A DNA stretch of 64,000 nt from Macrostomum lignano (taxonomy: Eukaryota), in contig NIVC01003505.1 in NCBI GenBank assembly GCA_002269645.1, forward strand, positions 30,483 to 94,482, written 5' to 3'. Both the position numbers and the translations under genes were made by a program. A model generated the notes under the pieces. It was not told the DNA's origin and made no database searches. It worked only from the letters and a program-made list of their open reading frames with translations. Of the stretch, positions 12,101 to 24,149 are shown piece after piece. The first letter of the stretch is position 1. Each line of letters starts with the position of its first letter.

Positions 12101-15100
12101 TTAGATTATGTAGCCTGATATCCCTACATCCTGGATCCTGATATCACAGTGTCTGGAGCTCCACGGCTCGGCCTCGGCCTGAACAGTTTCCCTACATCCT
12201 GGATCCTGGATCCTGATATCACCGTGTCTGGAGCTCCAAGAATCGGCCTGAACAGTTTCCCTACATCCTGGACCCTGATATCACCGTCTCTGGAGCTCCA
12301 CGGCTCGGCCTGAACAGTTTCCCTACATCCTGGATCCTGATATCACCGTCTCTGGAGCTCCACGGCTCGGCCTGAACAGTTTCCCTACATCCTGGATCCT
12401 GATATCACCGTCTCTGGAGCTCCACGGCTCGGCTTGAACAGTTTCCCTACATCCTGGATCCTGATATCACAGTGTCTGGAGCTCCATGGCTCGGCCTGAA
12501 CAGTTTCCCTACATCCTGGATCCTGATATCACCGTCTCTGGAGCTCCACGGCTCGGCCCGAACAGTTTCCCTACATCCTGGATCCTGATATCACAGTGTT
12601 TGGAGCTCCAAGAATCGGCCCGAACAGTTTCCCTGCCCAGATGTTCAAGTATTGTGCTGTAAAAGCCAATACAGGCCATTTTAGACTTGGAAACCGAAAG
12701 CAGCAAGGTGATCAGTTATGCTTACAGTTTACACTTAAACACGTTCAACCTTTCCTCTTTTTTCTGCTTCGTTTTCGGTGCATTTGTTCCCCCTTTTATG
12801 GAAGCTAGGACTCTCGGGTGATACTAAAAACTATAGAAGAGAGGTCATGCATATTTGGAATGGCTGTGTTCGAATGTTGCAAACAACAACAATAATAATA
12901 ATAAAAAGTTGGATCGCAAACTCTACCGAGCTGTCTTCCTAACAGTACACCCCCTCCTACCCAGCGCGAAATCCCGAATCCCAATTCAAATTACGGAGTC
13001 CAAGCGGCCTAAGCGTTGGGGGAAGAGGGAGATAAAGCAGCAGTAGATCAGAGAGCGGATTTTGGGTGCGAGGCCCGGCCGGGGTCACCGAGTGTGCGCA
13101 CTTTGCAGCAGGGCTTTGGGTATAGGGATAGGATAGAGAAACAGGGGAAGACATAGGAGAAAAAAGTGACTGGTAGAAGGGAAGAGAAGAGGCAGCAGAG
13201 AGGAATGCCAAATTCGGCAGGCCTAGAAGGGGTGGGAGAGAGAATCCGCAGCAGCCGTATGCGCAGTTGAGAAAGCACAGCTGGGTGCGCAGGGGGGTTC
13301 CGCCCTCCCAGCAGCGGCCCCAGAAGGCTGGACCATGCGTGGCCACGAGGTTGGTTTTGGATCAAAGAGGCAAGCAGCCACAGCCAAGCAAAGGACAACA
13401 GAATAGATGCTTCCATTCCATTGCTAAACTCGGAACTGCTTCAGAAGCCAAAGATAGAAATTCTCGCTGTTGTGGAAGTCGCAAGAAGGGTAAAAAGCTA
13501 GTTAGACATATTAAAGACCCCTAAACGTAACAGGAGAGACAAAAATACTCACCCAGCGGGCATCAGTCGGTCAGAGCCTCCACCTCGACCCCGGTGATGC
13601 CTCGTAGCCAGCAGGTTGTCTCTGGTCAGTCCCACCAGCACAGGACCTCCTTGCTGCTGCTGCTGCTGTTGCAGCAAGCCGTGAGCTTTGAGCAGCAGCT
13701 CGCGATCCTCGTGCAAAGTCGGCAGGCGATCAGCGCAGCCGAGCCACCTGTCCGAGCGCAGGAAAGCCGGATAGGCGGTGTCGGCCAGGTAGCTGGCAGC
13801 TTCGGCCAGCGCCGAGTCGAATATGGTGGCGTCGGCGGGCGAGCCGGAGCGCAAGCTGGACTGCACAGCTTGCCGAGTGGCGCTGCTAATGACAGGGACT
13901 GCGGAGTCCTCGGACAGGATGTACCGCTTGGCGATGAGGCGAATCAGCTTTGGACAGCGTCTGGCAGGGAGTTTTTGGTGGAAATAGATTCTTTACGTCT
14001 AGATTCAAATAGATTCTGTAGAATCTTCCATCGATTCTGTAGGATCTCCTATCGATTCTGTAGAATCTCCCATCGATTCTGTAGGATCTCCCATCGATTC
14101 TGTAGAATCTCCCATCGATTCTGTAGAATCTCCCATCGATTCTGTAGAATCTTCCATCGATTCTGTAGAATCTCCTATCGATTCTGTAGAATCTCCCATC
14201 GATTCTGTAGAATCTCCCATCGATTCTGTAGAATCTTCCATCGATTCTGTAGAATCTCCTATCGATTCTGTAGAATCTCTCATCGATTCTGTAGAATCTC
14301 TCATCGATTCTGTAGAATCTCCCATCGATTCTGTAGAATCTCCCATCGATTCTGTAAAATCTCCCATCGATTCTGTAGAATCTCCCATCGATTCAGTAGA
14401 ATCTCCTATCGATTCAGTAGAATCTCTCATCGATTCTGTAGAATCTCCCATCGATTCTGTAGAATCTCTCATCGATTCTGTAGAATCTCCTATCGATTCT
14501 GTAAAATCTCCCATCGATTCTGTAGAATCTCCCATCGATTCAGTAGAATCTCCTATCGATTCAGTAGAATCTCCCATCGATTTTGTAGAATCTCCCATCG
14601 ATTCTGTAGAATCTGCCATCGATTCTGTAGAATCTGCCATCGATTCTGTAGAATCTCCTATCGATTCTGTAGAATCTCCCATCGATTCTGTAGAATCTCC
14701 CATCGATTCTGTAGAATCTCCTATCGATTCTGTAAAATCTCCCATCGATTCTGTAGAATCTCCCATCGATTCAGTAGAATCTCCTATCGATTCAGTAGAA
14801 TCTCCCATCGATTTTGTAGAATCTCCCATCGATTCTGTAGAATCTGCCATCGATTCTGTAGAATCTGCCATCGATTCTGTAGAATCTCCCATCGATTCTG
14901 TAGAATCTCCCATCGATTCTGTAGAATCTCCCATCGATTCTGTAGAATCTCCCATCGATTCTGTAGAATCTCCTATCGATTCTGTAGAATCTCCTTTCGA
15001 TTCTGTAGAATCTCCCATCGATTCTGTAGAATCTCCTTTCGATTCTGTAGAATCTCCCATCGATTCTGTAGAATCTCCCATCAATTCTGTAGAATCTCCT

Positions 15101-18100
15101 ATCGATTTTGTAGAATCTCCTATCGATTCTGTAGAATCTCCTTTCGATTCTGTAGAATCTCCCATCGATTCTGTAGAATCTCCCATCGATTCTGTAGAAT
15201 CTCCCATCAATTCTGTAGAATCTCCTATCGATTTTGTAGAATCTTCTATCGATTCTATAGAGTTTCCCGGTGTTACAGTCACCCTATCCATCCAAAAACA
15301 CCCCGAATGCTCACCTGGAAGTGCCAGCGTCCCCAGTTGACTGCTCCATCTGCAGCTGGCCAGACTTCAGTCCCTTGACAGCAAAGTAGAAATCGAAAGC
15401 CCTAGCTGCCGCAGGGTCGCAAGCCTCCTCTAGGTAGTTGCGAAAGGTGAGCACAGCTTCAGCGTCCTCCAGCAGGTTGCGAAGGCCTTCCGGCCAGACG
15501 TCAACGCCGACTGGAGCCAAGGACACGCCATCAATGTTGGAGGCGAAGTCGGGCTCGTCGGCGCCTGCAGTTGCCGCGGCGGCCGTTGCTGTCAATGACG
15601 CGCTGTCGTCCTCTTCTGGGATGTCAGAAGTTGAAGCAGCTGCTGCGGCTGCTGCTGCTGCGGCTAGCATGTACAGCTGCTGATGTTTCTGCTGGGACTT
15701 CAAGGACTGTTGCTGACTGGCATCTTGAAGCTGCTGCTGCTGTTGTTGCTGCTGCTGCTGCTGCTGGCCGATGGCTGGCGAAGCTGTCGAGTCACCTGTA
15801 GTCGTGAGACTCACCGGAGACTGCTGTTGACAGCAGAGCTCTGTGGCGGTCTGGGATGGGATTGAGAGAATAAGGAAATTAATTAGAGTGCTGGATTATT
15901 GAATACCATCCCACCCATAGATTTCTAATTTCTAGAATCTCCCATCCCTTTTATAGATTCCCAACCTCAAGAATATCCTATCCCACCCAGAGATTCCCAA
16001 CCTCAAGAATATCCTATCCCACCCAGAGATTCCCAGCGTCGAGAATCTCCCATCCCACCCATAGATTCCTAACCTCAAGGAACTCCCATCCCACCCATAG
16101 ATTCCCAACCTCAAGAATCTCCCATCCCATCCCACCCATTGATTCCCAACCGCAAGAATCTCCCACTAATAGATTCCCAACCTCTAAAGTCCCAATGCAC
16201 CCATAGCTTAAAGTACATTTGTTATGTACTTTAAGCTAAAGCTAACACCATTCAACAGGAAACTACAATGCTCAGCTTTTGTCGGCATCTGTCTGTCTGC
16301 GATTCTGTGACCAACTTTATGGTTTAGTATAGAATTAGGTAGCCTAAATAAATAATTGATGGGACAGAGGATGCTGAACTACTCAGAAACTTATTAAGCC
16401 ATAGCTGGAATTGAGCAAACCTATAAAGTATAAGTTATATATTACCTCTCTATTAAGGCAACCCCCATTCTATACACGCTGAATGCTTAATCTTCTCTGA
16501 GAACAAAGGCGTAGGCAGCGGCAGCGGCGGCAAAATCGCAAAGAAGGAGGTTAAGGTAAGCGAGTGTGAGTGCGTATTTGAGGCCTGTCTAGGAGAATAG
16601 AGTAGAGAAGCTGGCAGTGATGGAGATGAAGTTGAGTTGGGGCTCAGCAGGAGGGAGGGAGGGGGGTACGTATTATATATGGCCTAACGCTAAACAAGTA
16701 AGTAGGTAGGTAGTAGTAAGCTAGATCGCACAGCTAGAGCACAGACAGACACACACACACACACAACAGCTCTAAGCTGGCATATATACGAGAGCGGGTC
16801 AAATAAATAGACAGGCGGAAATGATCCACCCCAAAACCGCCGCCAGCCGGCGGTGGCTTTGAAGATGAGAGAGAGGAGAGAGAGGGGAGGGGAGAGAGCG
16901 AGGTGGGGTACTACTTAGGGCTCTATAGAGTGAGAGGTGAGGGTGGCGGCGGCTTCACTCGCAATCAAGAGAGAGAGAGAGACAGAGTGGGTGCCTGTGC
17001 GGCTGATATTGATAATTCCCTCTGTGCTGCCCCGACTACACGGTATATATATATATAGCATAAGTAAGTAATATAGAGCTCCACTCTTCAAAAAAACAAC
17101 AGAGACTAATACAGCCAGAGCTAACCAAGCCAGCTAGCAAAAAGGCATAGCTTGCGCCTTCTGCCCTGATAATATGGCGGCTAACTAAGCGAATGAGACG
17201 GATATATAAATTAGAGTAAAAAGAATTAGAGACGGGTAGAAAACGGGGGTTCCTGTGAGAGATTTGACCAATGCTGCTGCGGCATGCGCACTGAGAGAGA
17301 GAGAGAGAAAGGAAAAAAGTTATCGGCCATAGGGGGGCAATAAACTATATAAATCTTGTAAAATATAATAACGCGAGATTTCCCTTGCCTCTCCGTATGC
17401 ATGCACGGCCTTTTAATTCCAAGTATGTCTATTATTTGGCTTATATGGCTATAATGCGGTCATAAAATACGATGAGTGCTGCGGGGAGCAATAAGTTTTA
17501 TAGGTTTTTCTTATAACTGAGGCCGCTTCGCTTGGGCTTCATTAGGCATTATTATATTGGATTGTTATGGCCCCTTTATTGATTCCATTCGGGATGCGCA
17601 AAATAAGGGCCAGGCAGCCTGCTGGGCTTGCTATGCTATGTCCACTTTCTGGAAAAACAATTAGCCAGAAAATCAAAGAAATCAACATTCAAGATCATAG
17701 AGAATTAGTTGTTCGAAACTCGACAGGCAACTTCCCGCAAGAATTTCAGCCAAGTTTAGATAAAGTTTTACAATATCTCTCTTCTTAACAACAGCAGTTT
17801 CCAAATTCAGGCCAAAATTAGCAGCAGAATTTTCAATAATAAAACCAATACTTAAAAATTTAAACGCTGCGACTTGGACTAATGTTAGGTAGGTATAGTA
17901 CTGTAGGAGGCAATAATAGCGAAAACAATAACAATAAAGTGGAGGAAGGGGGGTTGGTTCAGTTTGGTTGGACAACTTAGCCGGCATAAAATTGAGCGAG
18001 ACCCGGGTGGGGTCGTATAAAAGTTTACTGACTGCTGTTATAAGCCATCGCGCGCGCAGGAGGCTATAAAGTCATTAAGTGGCTGTACTGTTTTGCGCCC

Positions 18101-20118
18101 CCCGGCCTAGGGGAACTGTTTTGGTTGGGTTTAAGTATCAGGCTGGCACAAGCAATCTTGCGTAAGTTTGTCAAGCAGCGCCGCGAGAGAAGCTTTAAAA
18201 CAAGTCGGAGGGTCGGGGGGGGCCATCAACACGATTTTAACAACAGCCTTGGACCCTTCGCTCGTCTTAACAGCTTTTCGCCAGGGCGCCAAAAGTTGTA
18301 GTGGGTGGGTTGGCGAGAGAGTTGGGGGTGAGCGGGCGGATTGGGTCCTAAAACTCAGTGAGGAAGACATTTCAACTTTACCAACAATTTTAAGCGCTTT
18401 TATAAGCTTATCGCACGCGTACAGTAAGGCATAATATTTTAACACCGAGTGGAATGGCTTTGGCTTCGATTTCGGTTGGCTGGAGGGAGGGGCAATAAAA
18501 CAGGGGAAAAGCTCTCCAACCATTTTAGTCTTAAACCACTGGGCGCGGGTCAGGTTAGTGTCAGTGCAAAACACTATTAAAGACAATTTATAAAGAAGGG
18601 ACAATTTGGTTTCGGTTTTACGACTTTTACTTCCAGCGGCAGGCTTTAAATGGCGCTGGTAACTGTAACGTTTTCACAACTATACGCTTGTGGCTGCCCC
18701 AACAGCATGCGGCTTTTAAAAACTTTTAGGCCTTCGAATTTAGAAGCACGTTTAATGACTTTTAGACTTTATTTCGCAATTCTGCTGAATAATAATGCGA
18801 AGTAAAAGCAGCCGGCGCACGGACAGGCAGACAGACGGGCGCCAAGGCGGCAGCATCTATAACCAGTGCCATCTCTTCAACTCCTATAATATACGTCTTT
18901 GTCTACTACTAAGCTCGGTGCACGAAGTTTTATAATTCAACCGGCTGAATGAAGTTTCGAAAATTTCAATTGCGCACATCGCGGGCAACTTCCCTGTTCG
19001 TGCTGCAGAAATGGAGGCCGGAATCTAGACTATTATAGACAATTTATTATTATTTTTGGGGAAATTCGCAGGGATTCGGGATTCAGAGAAAGCAACGCCA
19101 TTGATTCTTAGATTGGTACATTAACAGGTAGGCCAGACCAGATAGATACACGCGCTAACATCTCCTGGGAATTGCTTACCTTACCATACAATTTCTACGC
19201 AGCATGCATAGCCTACAGCTGAACGTCTAGAAAGCTATTTGAATATCCCAGGAACAGAGCTTGAAGCTTAGCTTTAATTTGCACTATAGGCACATGCTAC
19301 TATATCAAAGCAATCAAACCACTCAAACTGGCACTTATTAAGCCTCTGAAAAAAGATAACAGATAAAAGGGGAGGTGGGACAGCCAGACCTAGCAGACAG
19401 ACCAGTCTTCTGTTCTGTCGGCCCTTTATATTCTCCCCCAACCCGCTTCAAACAGAGTGTTTCCTTATCAGCTGTCAATCAAGCCAGGCTTATAGTGCTG
19501 TGCATTCGTGCGCGCTCACAGACCCCACAGCTGCCTGCACAACCAATGCCTAGGCCTATACTATAGAAGAATAATAAGAGCTAGTATTGTAGATTTGTAG
19601 TAGTAATGGCATACACAGGAGGCCTGAGAGGGTCGGACAGGGCACAATAAGAGCCGCTTCTTATTAATTTTCCCACCCACTGACTAAGGGATTAATGACA
19701 AGTCCATATCCATATTAGGCCTAGAGAGAATGATGGCGCTGAGTTGTGTGCCTCGGCTCAGGGGTCAAACTCGTGCATTGTAAGAGCTTTGAAGTTTATG
19801 GGGCTGCAGCCTAACTCAACTTTGAGATATGCAGATGTGAGACGGTCATCATTCCAAGCATGTACATCTGGGCTGGGCTACCTTAGTAAGGATCAGTGTA
19901 CAATGTACATTTGCATACAATATGAAAGCTTCAGTCCTACCAGCGATATCAATTATTACTTTACCAACACCTAACGGTCAAGGGTCAACCTATGTGATTA
20001 GCTAATAAAATGAGTCCAGTTAGAATAATGTTGTGTTATCGTAAATTAATAAAAATGAATTGAAGACTGTGCTATAGACATTTATAAACTAAAAATAATA
20101 AAAGTACAAACTTACCAT
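4737..20118 (-). CDS. Axin: Axin, spliced model join(20118-20116, 15850-15315, 13960-13553, 6117-4737), ~775 aa (~791 aa with the micro-exon isoform)
   Basis: RGS domain (WPEGLRNLLEDAEAVLTFRNYL...KLIRLIAKRYI...IFDSALAEAASYLADTAYPAFLRSD), conserved YAPGSRRDSELQSLQSSDALTD segment, GSK3-binding helix NPDKFARLLADRL, beta-catenin region NPEDILTDHL, EARRRLEE motif, C-terminal DIX (LTIGYFLCG...ITLGQFKQLMAKKGSYRYFFK...LPLWEGKVIGRVE). GT-AG junctions are phase-compatible (0, 2, 2). The first exon is inferred. Confidence 0.93.
7798..9012. repeat. 23-bp minisatellite (GGGTCAGGGAGTGAGCAGTCTAT)n, about 53 copies, in an Axin intron
   Basis: Direct tandem units. Confidence 0.97.
9568..10867. repeat. 7-bp satellite GATCCCA/GATCCTA with a 14-bp higher-order unit (GATCCTAGATCCCA)n
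   Basis: Direct tandem units, near perfect from about 9960 onward. Confidence 0.97.
11615..11637 (-). CDS. Axin: Candidate Axin micro-exon (23 nt, or 26 nt via a NAGNAG acceptor), encoding HPPPGSP
   Basis: Long polypyrimidine tract ending ttgag/cag upstream and a CAG|GTGAGT donor at 11614. It restores frame with the alternative acceptor at 6143-6144. Confidence 0.55.
12120..12632. repeat. 62-bp minisatellite, about 8 copies (CCTACATCCTGGATCCTGATATCACCGTCTCTGGAGCTCCACGGCTCGGCCTGAACAGTTTC)
   Basis: Period of 62 seen between 12361 and 12423. Confidence 0.95.
13553..13960 (-). CDS. Axin: Axin exon: C-terminal half of the RGS domain
   Basis: Acceptor ctccctgccag at 13961-13962, donor GTGAGT at 13552. 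Translation RCPKLIRLIAKRYILSEDS...YPAFLRSD...LTRDNLLATR. Confidence 0.92.
14010..15262. repeat. 21-bp minisatellite (GAATCTCCCATCGATTCTGTA)n, about 59 copies, filling the Axin RGS intron
   Basis: Direct tandem units; source of the ORFs 13594..15378 and 14005..15291. Confidence 0.97.
15315..15850 (-). CDS. Axin: Axin exon: polyQ/polyA N-terminus and first half of the RGS domain
   Basis: Acceptor ttctctcaatcccatcccag at 15851-15852, donor AG|GTGAGC at 15314. Contains LRNLLEDAEAVLTFRNYLEE...FDFYFAVKGLK. Confidence 0.9.
15905..16190. repeat. ~36-bp degenerate minisatellite (ATCCCACCCATAGATTCCCAACCTCAAGAATCTCCC)n
   Basis: About 7 imperfect direct units. Confidence 0.85.
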
Positions 20119-20300
20119 TTTCTACTCGAATTCAAGTAAATGCAGATGCAGACGCCAATCTAGAAATGGTTTGAAAGTCTGATCCTCTGGGATTCAAGCA
20201 ACAACAGTATCTCTGGTGTTGGTCTGGACTCAGGACAGGAGTACAGGACTGCACTAAGCAGTCAATGCCGAAATTAGTGTCAGAATTTTTTTATCGAACT
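20116..20300 (-). other. Axin: Candidate Axin first exon (5' UTR ending in the start ATG); 5' limit uncertain
   Basis: Minus strand reads GAAAATG|GTAAGT, a perfect donor at 20115 directly after ATG, phase 0 matching the 15850 acceptor. Confidence 0.55.
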
Positions 20301-20519
20301 GCGTACGGTCGAAGAGAAGAATTGCTTTACAATTAATTGCTGGCGAGTTTTCTTCTCCTACAATAATACGACCATTCTCCAAACAAAACGGAAGCGCACC
20401 ACTTGCCGGCAAAAAAACAGAAAGTCGCGCTCGAATCGGTTTGGTTTTGGAGCGTTGAAAGTGGTGAAACAAAAAGGCAAATATATTTGGAGAAACAGAA
20501 AAAAGTCGCAGAAATAGTC

Positions 20520-20840
20520 TGCTTTTATAAAAATCGCAGGCCTATAGCAACTCTGATTTGCGGTTCGTATCGTTGTGGTAGCGACGCGAAGTTAAAAAAT
20601 TTATATATACGGCTTTTTAGCTCTTTAAGGTCGGGCCAACCCCCTTGGGCGGCCACCATTCCCCACTCTCTCTCCCCACCACCCTCCGCTTTGCGTGCAA
20701 GTGTGCCCGAGTATTGCGTGCGCCTGGAGGGAAATGGGGTGGTGGGTTTTGACGTGAGTGTGCGCTTGTCCCCCATGTTTGGGAGGGGTAGAGGGGTGGC
20801 TCATCACCGATTGGCTGGATTGGCCAGTCCCATTGGCTAG
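20520..20840 (-). promoter_or_regulatory. Candidate Axin promoter: three clustered CCAAT boxes (20808-20838) and TATA-like elements (~20600, ~20525)
   Basis: Minus strand GCCAATGGGACTGGCCAATCCAGCCAATCGG; TATATATAAA near 20600; GC-rich context just upstream of the candidate first exon. Confidence 0.45.
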
Positions 20841-22053
20841 GCCGAGATGTGTAATAAGCATTCACTTTAGCGAGTTATATACCCCGGTTTGAACGGGGGG
20901 CAGGCAGGCTTGAAAGAGAATAATTCTGACACAGCGAGTTGCTTGTGGCTGGCGCAGGGGGCGGTCCCGATCCAAGATCACAAGTCACCCCCCCGGAACG
21001 GCCGGGCCTTTTCTGGAGTTGAGGTTGCGTGCTGGGAGGGGTGAAGCAAAAGCTCTTTGATCTTAGCCGCCGCCGCCGCCACCGCCGCCGCTGGCCTTCC
21101 TTGCCTTTACCCACTCACTGCGGGCTGTGGCTGGCTGCCCCCCCCCCACTCCATATAGTAAAGCCGCGCCGCCTGTTTCTTACACAGGGCAGCGCGCCCA
21201 CTCACATATAAGGCTCTCTGTCTCTCTCTCTATTTCCAAAGTGTAAAGCGAGAAGCCAGTTTAACTTAGGGTCGCGGCCGCAAGAAGAAGGGAGAAATAA
21301 TAAATGAGCGATAGTTTAAGGACGAAATTAGACTGAACACACACAGCGGCGGCGTCAGTAACGATAACGAAGAACGCACAATACAGTCACTGCACACAAA
21401 CTCGATTTATGTTGCTTGGATAGCATGCGAAGCCTATACAGCACTATTTCTTTGGCATGTAAATACAAAGTTCCCAGATGAATGCTTACTTTTTGGACTC
21501 TTAATCGATAAAAAGTGACAAGACTCGCAGCGCGAATAAGTGCTCCACAAGAAAGCTTTAAGCACCTGGCCCTCGATTTGAGACTAATATTTACTAACTT
21601 CAGCAATAGGATCTAGAAATGTAGCAAATCTATCAGATGAGAATACCTATGTATATTTGTAAGTGTGAGGCATGAGCGGCATCAAAAGGTGTCTGCGCCA
21701 TTTGAGTCACATTTAGTCAAGCAAAATCGCGCGTGTCTGCCCGATTTCCTGCTGCTGCTGCTAGCTTGAGGTTTCTTTCGCGAGCTAGCTTAAAAGTAGT
21801 AAAAGGTCATGCAGTTCTGCAGTTCATGCACATCAGCAAGGCAATGAGTTTGCTTTGCTTTTAGCCGCGTATTGACGGTATGAGCTGAGCCGAGAACTGA
21901 TTCAATAATTCGAAACAGTGATTTAATGGAGATTTACAGAGAAATGTTTTCGGATTGCGTCACGTACATTTACGTGCAAATAGGGCATATATTGAATATA
22001 CGAGCGTATTTTTGTATTTATCAATATTGCTTGCTATATATTTTTACCTTATA

Positions 22054-22076
22054 TCTCTACCTATAAAAATCAAAAC

Positions 22077-22109
<33 letters not shown>

Positions 22110-24106
22110 GGACAAATTACTTCGCTATGGACTCCCAAACCGCTCAACCAAATGACACCAAACTTTACACCCACCCTAAACTTACTACGGAGAATGTCTT
22201 AGGCTACCTTTAAATTTCCTAGACTCAAGTCTTCCTACCTAAAAGTACAAAAAACTGCTCAAAATGCGCGATTTTTTCACTTAATCCTCCATAGCGCCGC
22301 TCCACTTCTACCGATTCTCTTCAAATTTGACACAGATAATCTTTAACTATTTTGGCACAATCATGTAAAATTTTGAGTCTCAAAGTTAATCCTGAGCGGT
22401 GCTGTGCACTTTTAAAGTTAGGCTGTTTTTTTCAGCGTAGCAACCACCCCAACCTCCGCCCGCCTGCCTCTCTTTCCCGATCCCGATCTGGGCCCAGATG
22501 TGTAAAATGGGTTTCAAAATTGACTAACTTTCAGCTGCCATAAGTTTGCTCCACGTGAAGCGATTGACTTTAAGCTTCACACAATTCTTCATTGACTCAT
22601 TCTCTGTCTAAATGTAGAGTTACAACTCTCTAACTCTTTCAGAAAAGAAACTGTAAGCGTGTGAAGTTTGTCTGCTTTTTCTGTTGTTTGTGCCACTCAC
22701 TCACTCATTCCCCCAGAGCCAGACGAAGGATCAGGCGATAGGACTGAATGTACATAGCAAATGTACAGTGTTTTGGAATAACTTTTTTATAGCCTTCTCG
22801 CACCCCGAGAGTGGAGAGGCTAGGTTTAGCCATAACAGTTTAATTAGTGAGAAATTCTAATCACTGCCCTCCCTCCTCTGTATTGGCAAACTCTGCAGCA
22901 GTTTAACAGTGGATGGCAATTGGCAGATCGAGGGAATCCAGCAAAAAAGCGAAAGCGAAAAGCGGTTTGTAAAAGCGAAAGATTTATGAAAAGGCGATGC
23001 GATGCAATGCAATACAACCCTACTAAATTAGGCACACCCATGGAAATTTTAGGTTTCTTTTAAAGGTAGTGTGTAAATTTTAAATGGCCTCCTAAGAAAT
23101 GCGTATTTCCTTGGTTGTTAGACTGATGCAGACTGCAGTGGAGCTGAAAATACAAAAATTCCTTTCAGGGCTGCAAATTGGCAAGAAAGATGACGTGATC
23201 AAAGCATGAGAACAACGATGAGAGTAGTACGTCCCACAAACTGGCTTTCGAAGCAGGGATCGGCAGACTTTTACTTCAAAAGCCAGAAAAAGAATCCAGC
23301 TTATGTGCGGGCCAGATGAGAGTGGAAAGGAGAAGGAATAGACTATTTAGAAGAGAGGAGAGGCGAGAGGGGATAAAGAAAACATGGAAGATAAGAGGGG
23401 AGACAAGTGGTGAGGAGAGAGCAGAGAAGAAGGGAGGAAGAAGCGAGAGGAGGGGAGAAAGGAGGGAGAGGAAAGAGTAAATGTGAGAAGAGAGGAGAGA
23501 TGAGACAGAGGATCGATGAGAGGAGAATAGAGAAGAGTGAGAAGAGAGTAGAGATGAGTAAATGTGAGAAGAGGGTAGAGATGAGACAGAGGATCGATGA
23601 GAGGAGAATAGAGAAGAGTGAGAAGAGAGAAGATATGAGAGAGCAGAAAGAAGATGACAGAGGGTCAAGAGGAGAGGAGAGATTAGAGAGGAGAGAGTAG
23701 AAAGGATAGAGAAGAAATGAGATAAGAGGGGGAGAGAGGAGTGAGAAGAGAAGAGATAGAGATAAGAGAGGGGTGTAAGAAGAGGGGAGAAAGGAGAGAT
23801 GAGATTGTAGAGATGAGACAGATTAAAGGAGAGATGAGAGAGTAAAGATGAGAGATGAAAAAGGTGAGAGGAGAGTGCAGAGAGACGAGAGCAGACAAGA
23901 GAGGGAGACAGTATAGAAGAGGGAAGAGAAGAGAAGAGGAGAGGAGAAAGGAGAAAGGAAAGAGAGGAGTCAGAAGAGGTGAAAGAGAAGAGTACAGAGG
24001 AGATAAGTGAGAGAACGTATAAGAGAGTAAAGATGACAGATGAGAGAGAAGAGATGAGGGTGAACAGACGAGAGACGGGAGAGGAGAGATAAGAGAGAGA
24101 GAGAGG

Positions 24107-24149
<43 letters not shown>

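Noticed and set aside
7798-12632. CRISPR-like periodic arrays
   Set aside because: The units are contiguous with no unique spacers, no cas genes, and the context is eukaryotic.
13594-15378. Long ORFs on both strands (RISHRFC)n and (MGDSTES)n, resembling an acidic repeat protein
   Set aside because: They come from a stop-free 21-bp array inside a canonical Axin intron; the minus-strand ORF is closed by stops at 15311 and 14005 and cannot join the Axin frame.
11935-21061. Isolated TCF sites around Axin (11935, 13361, 19304, 21055)
   Set aside because: Four 7-mers in about 16 kb is not far above chance; not supportable without ChIP or conservation data.
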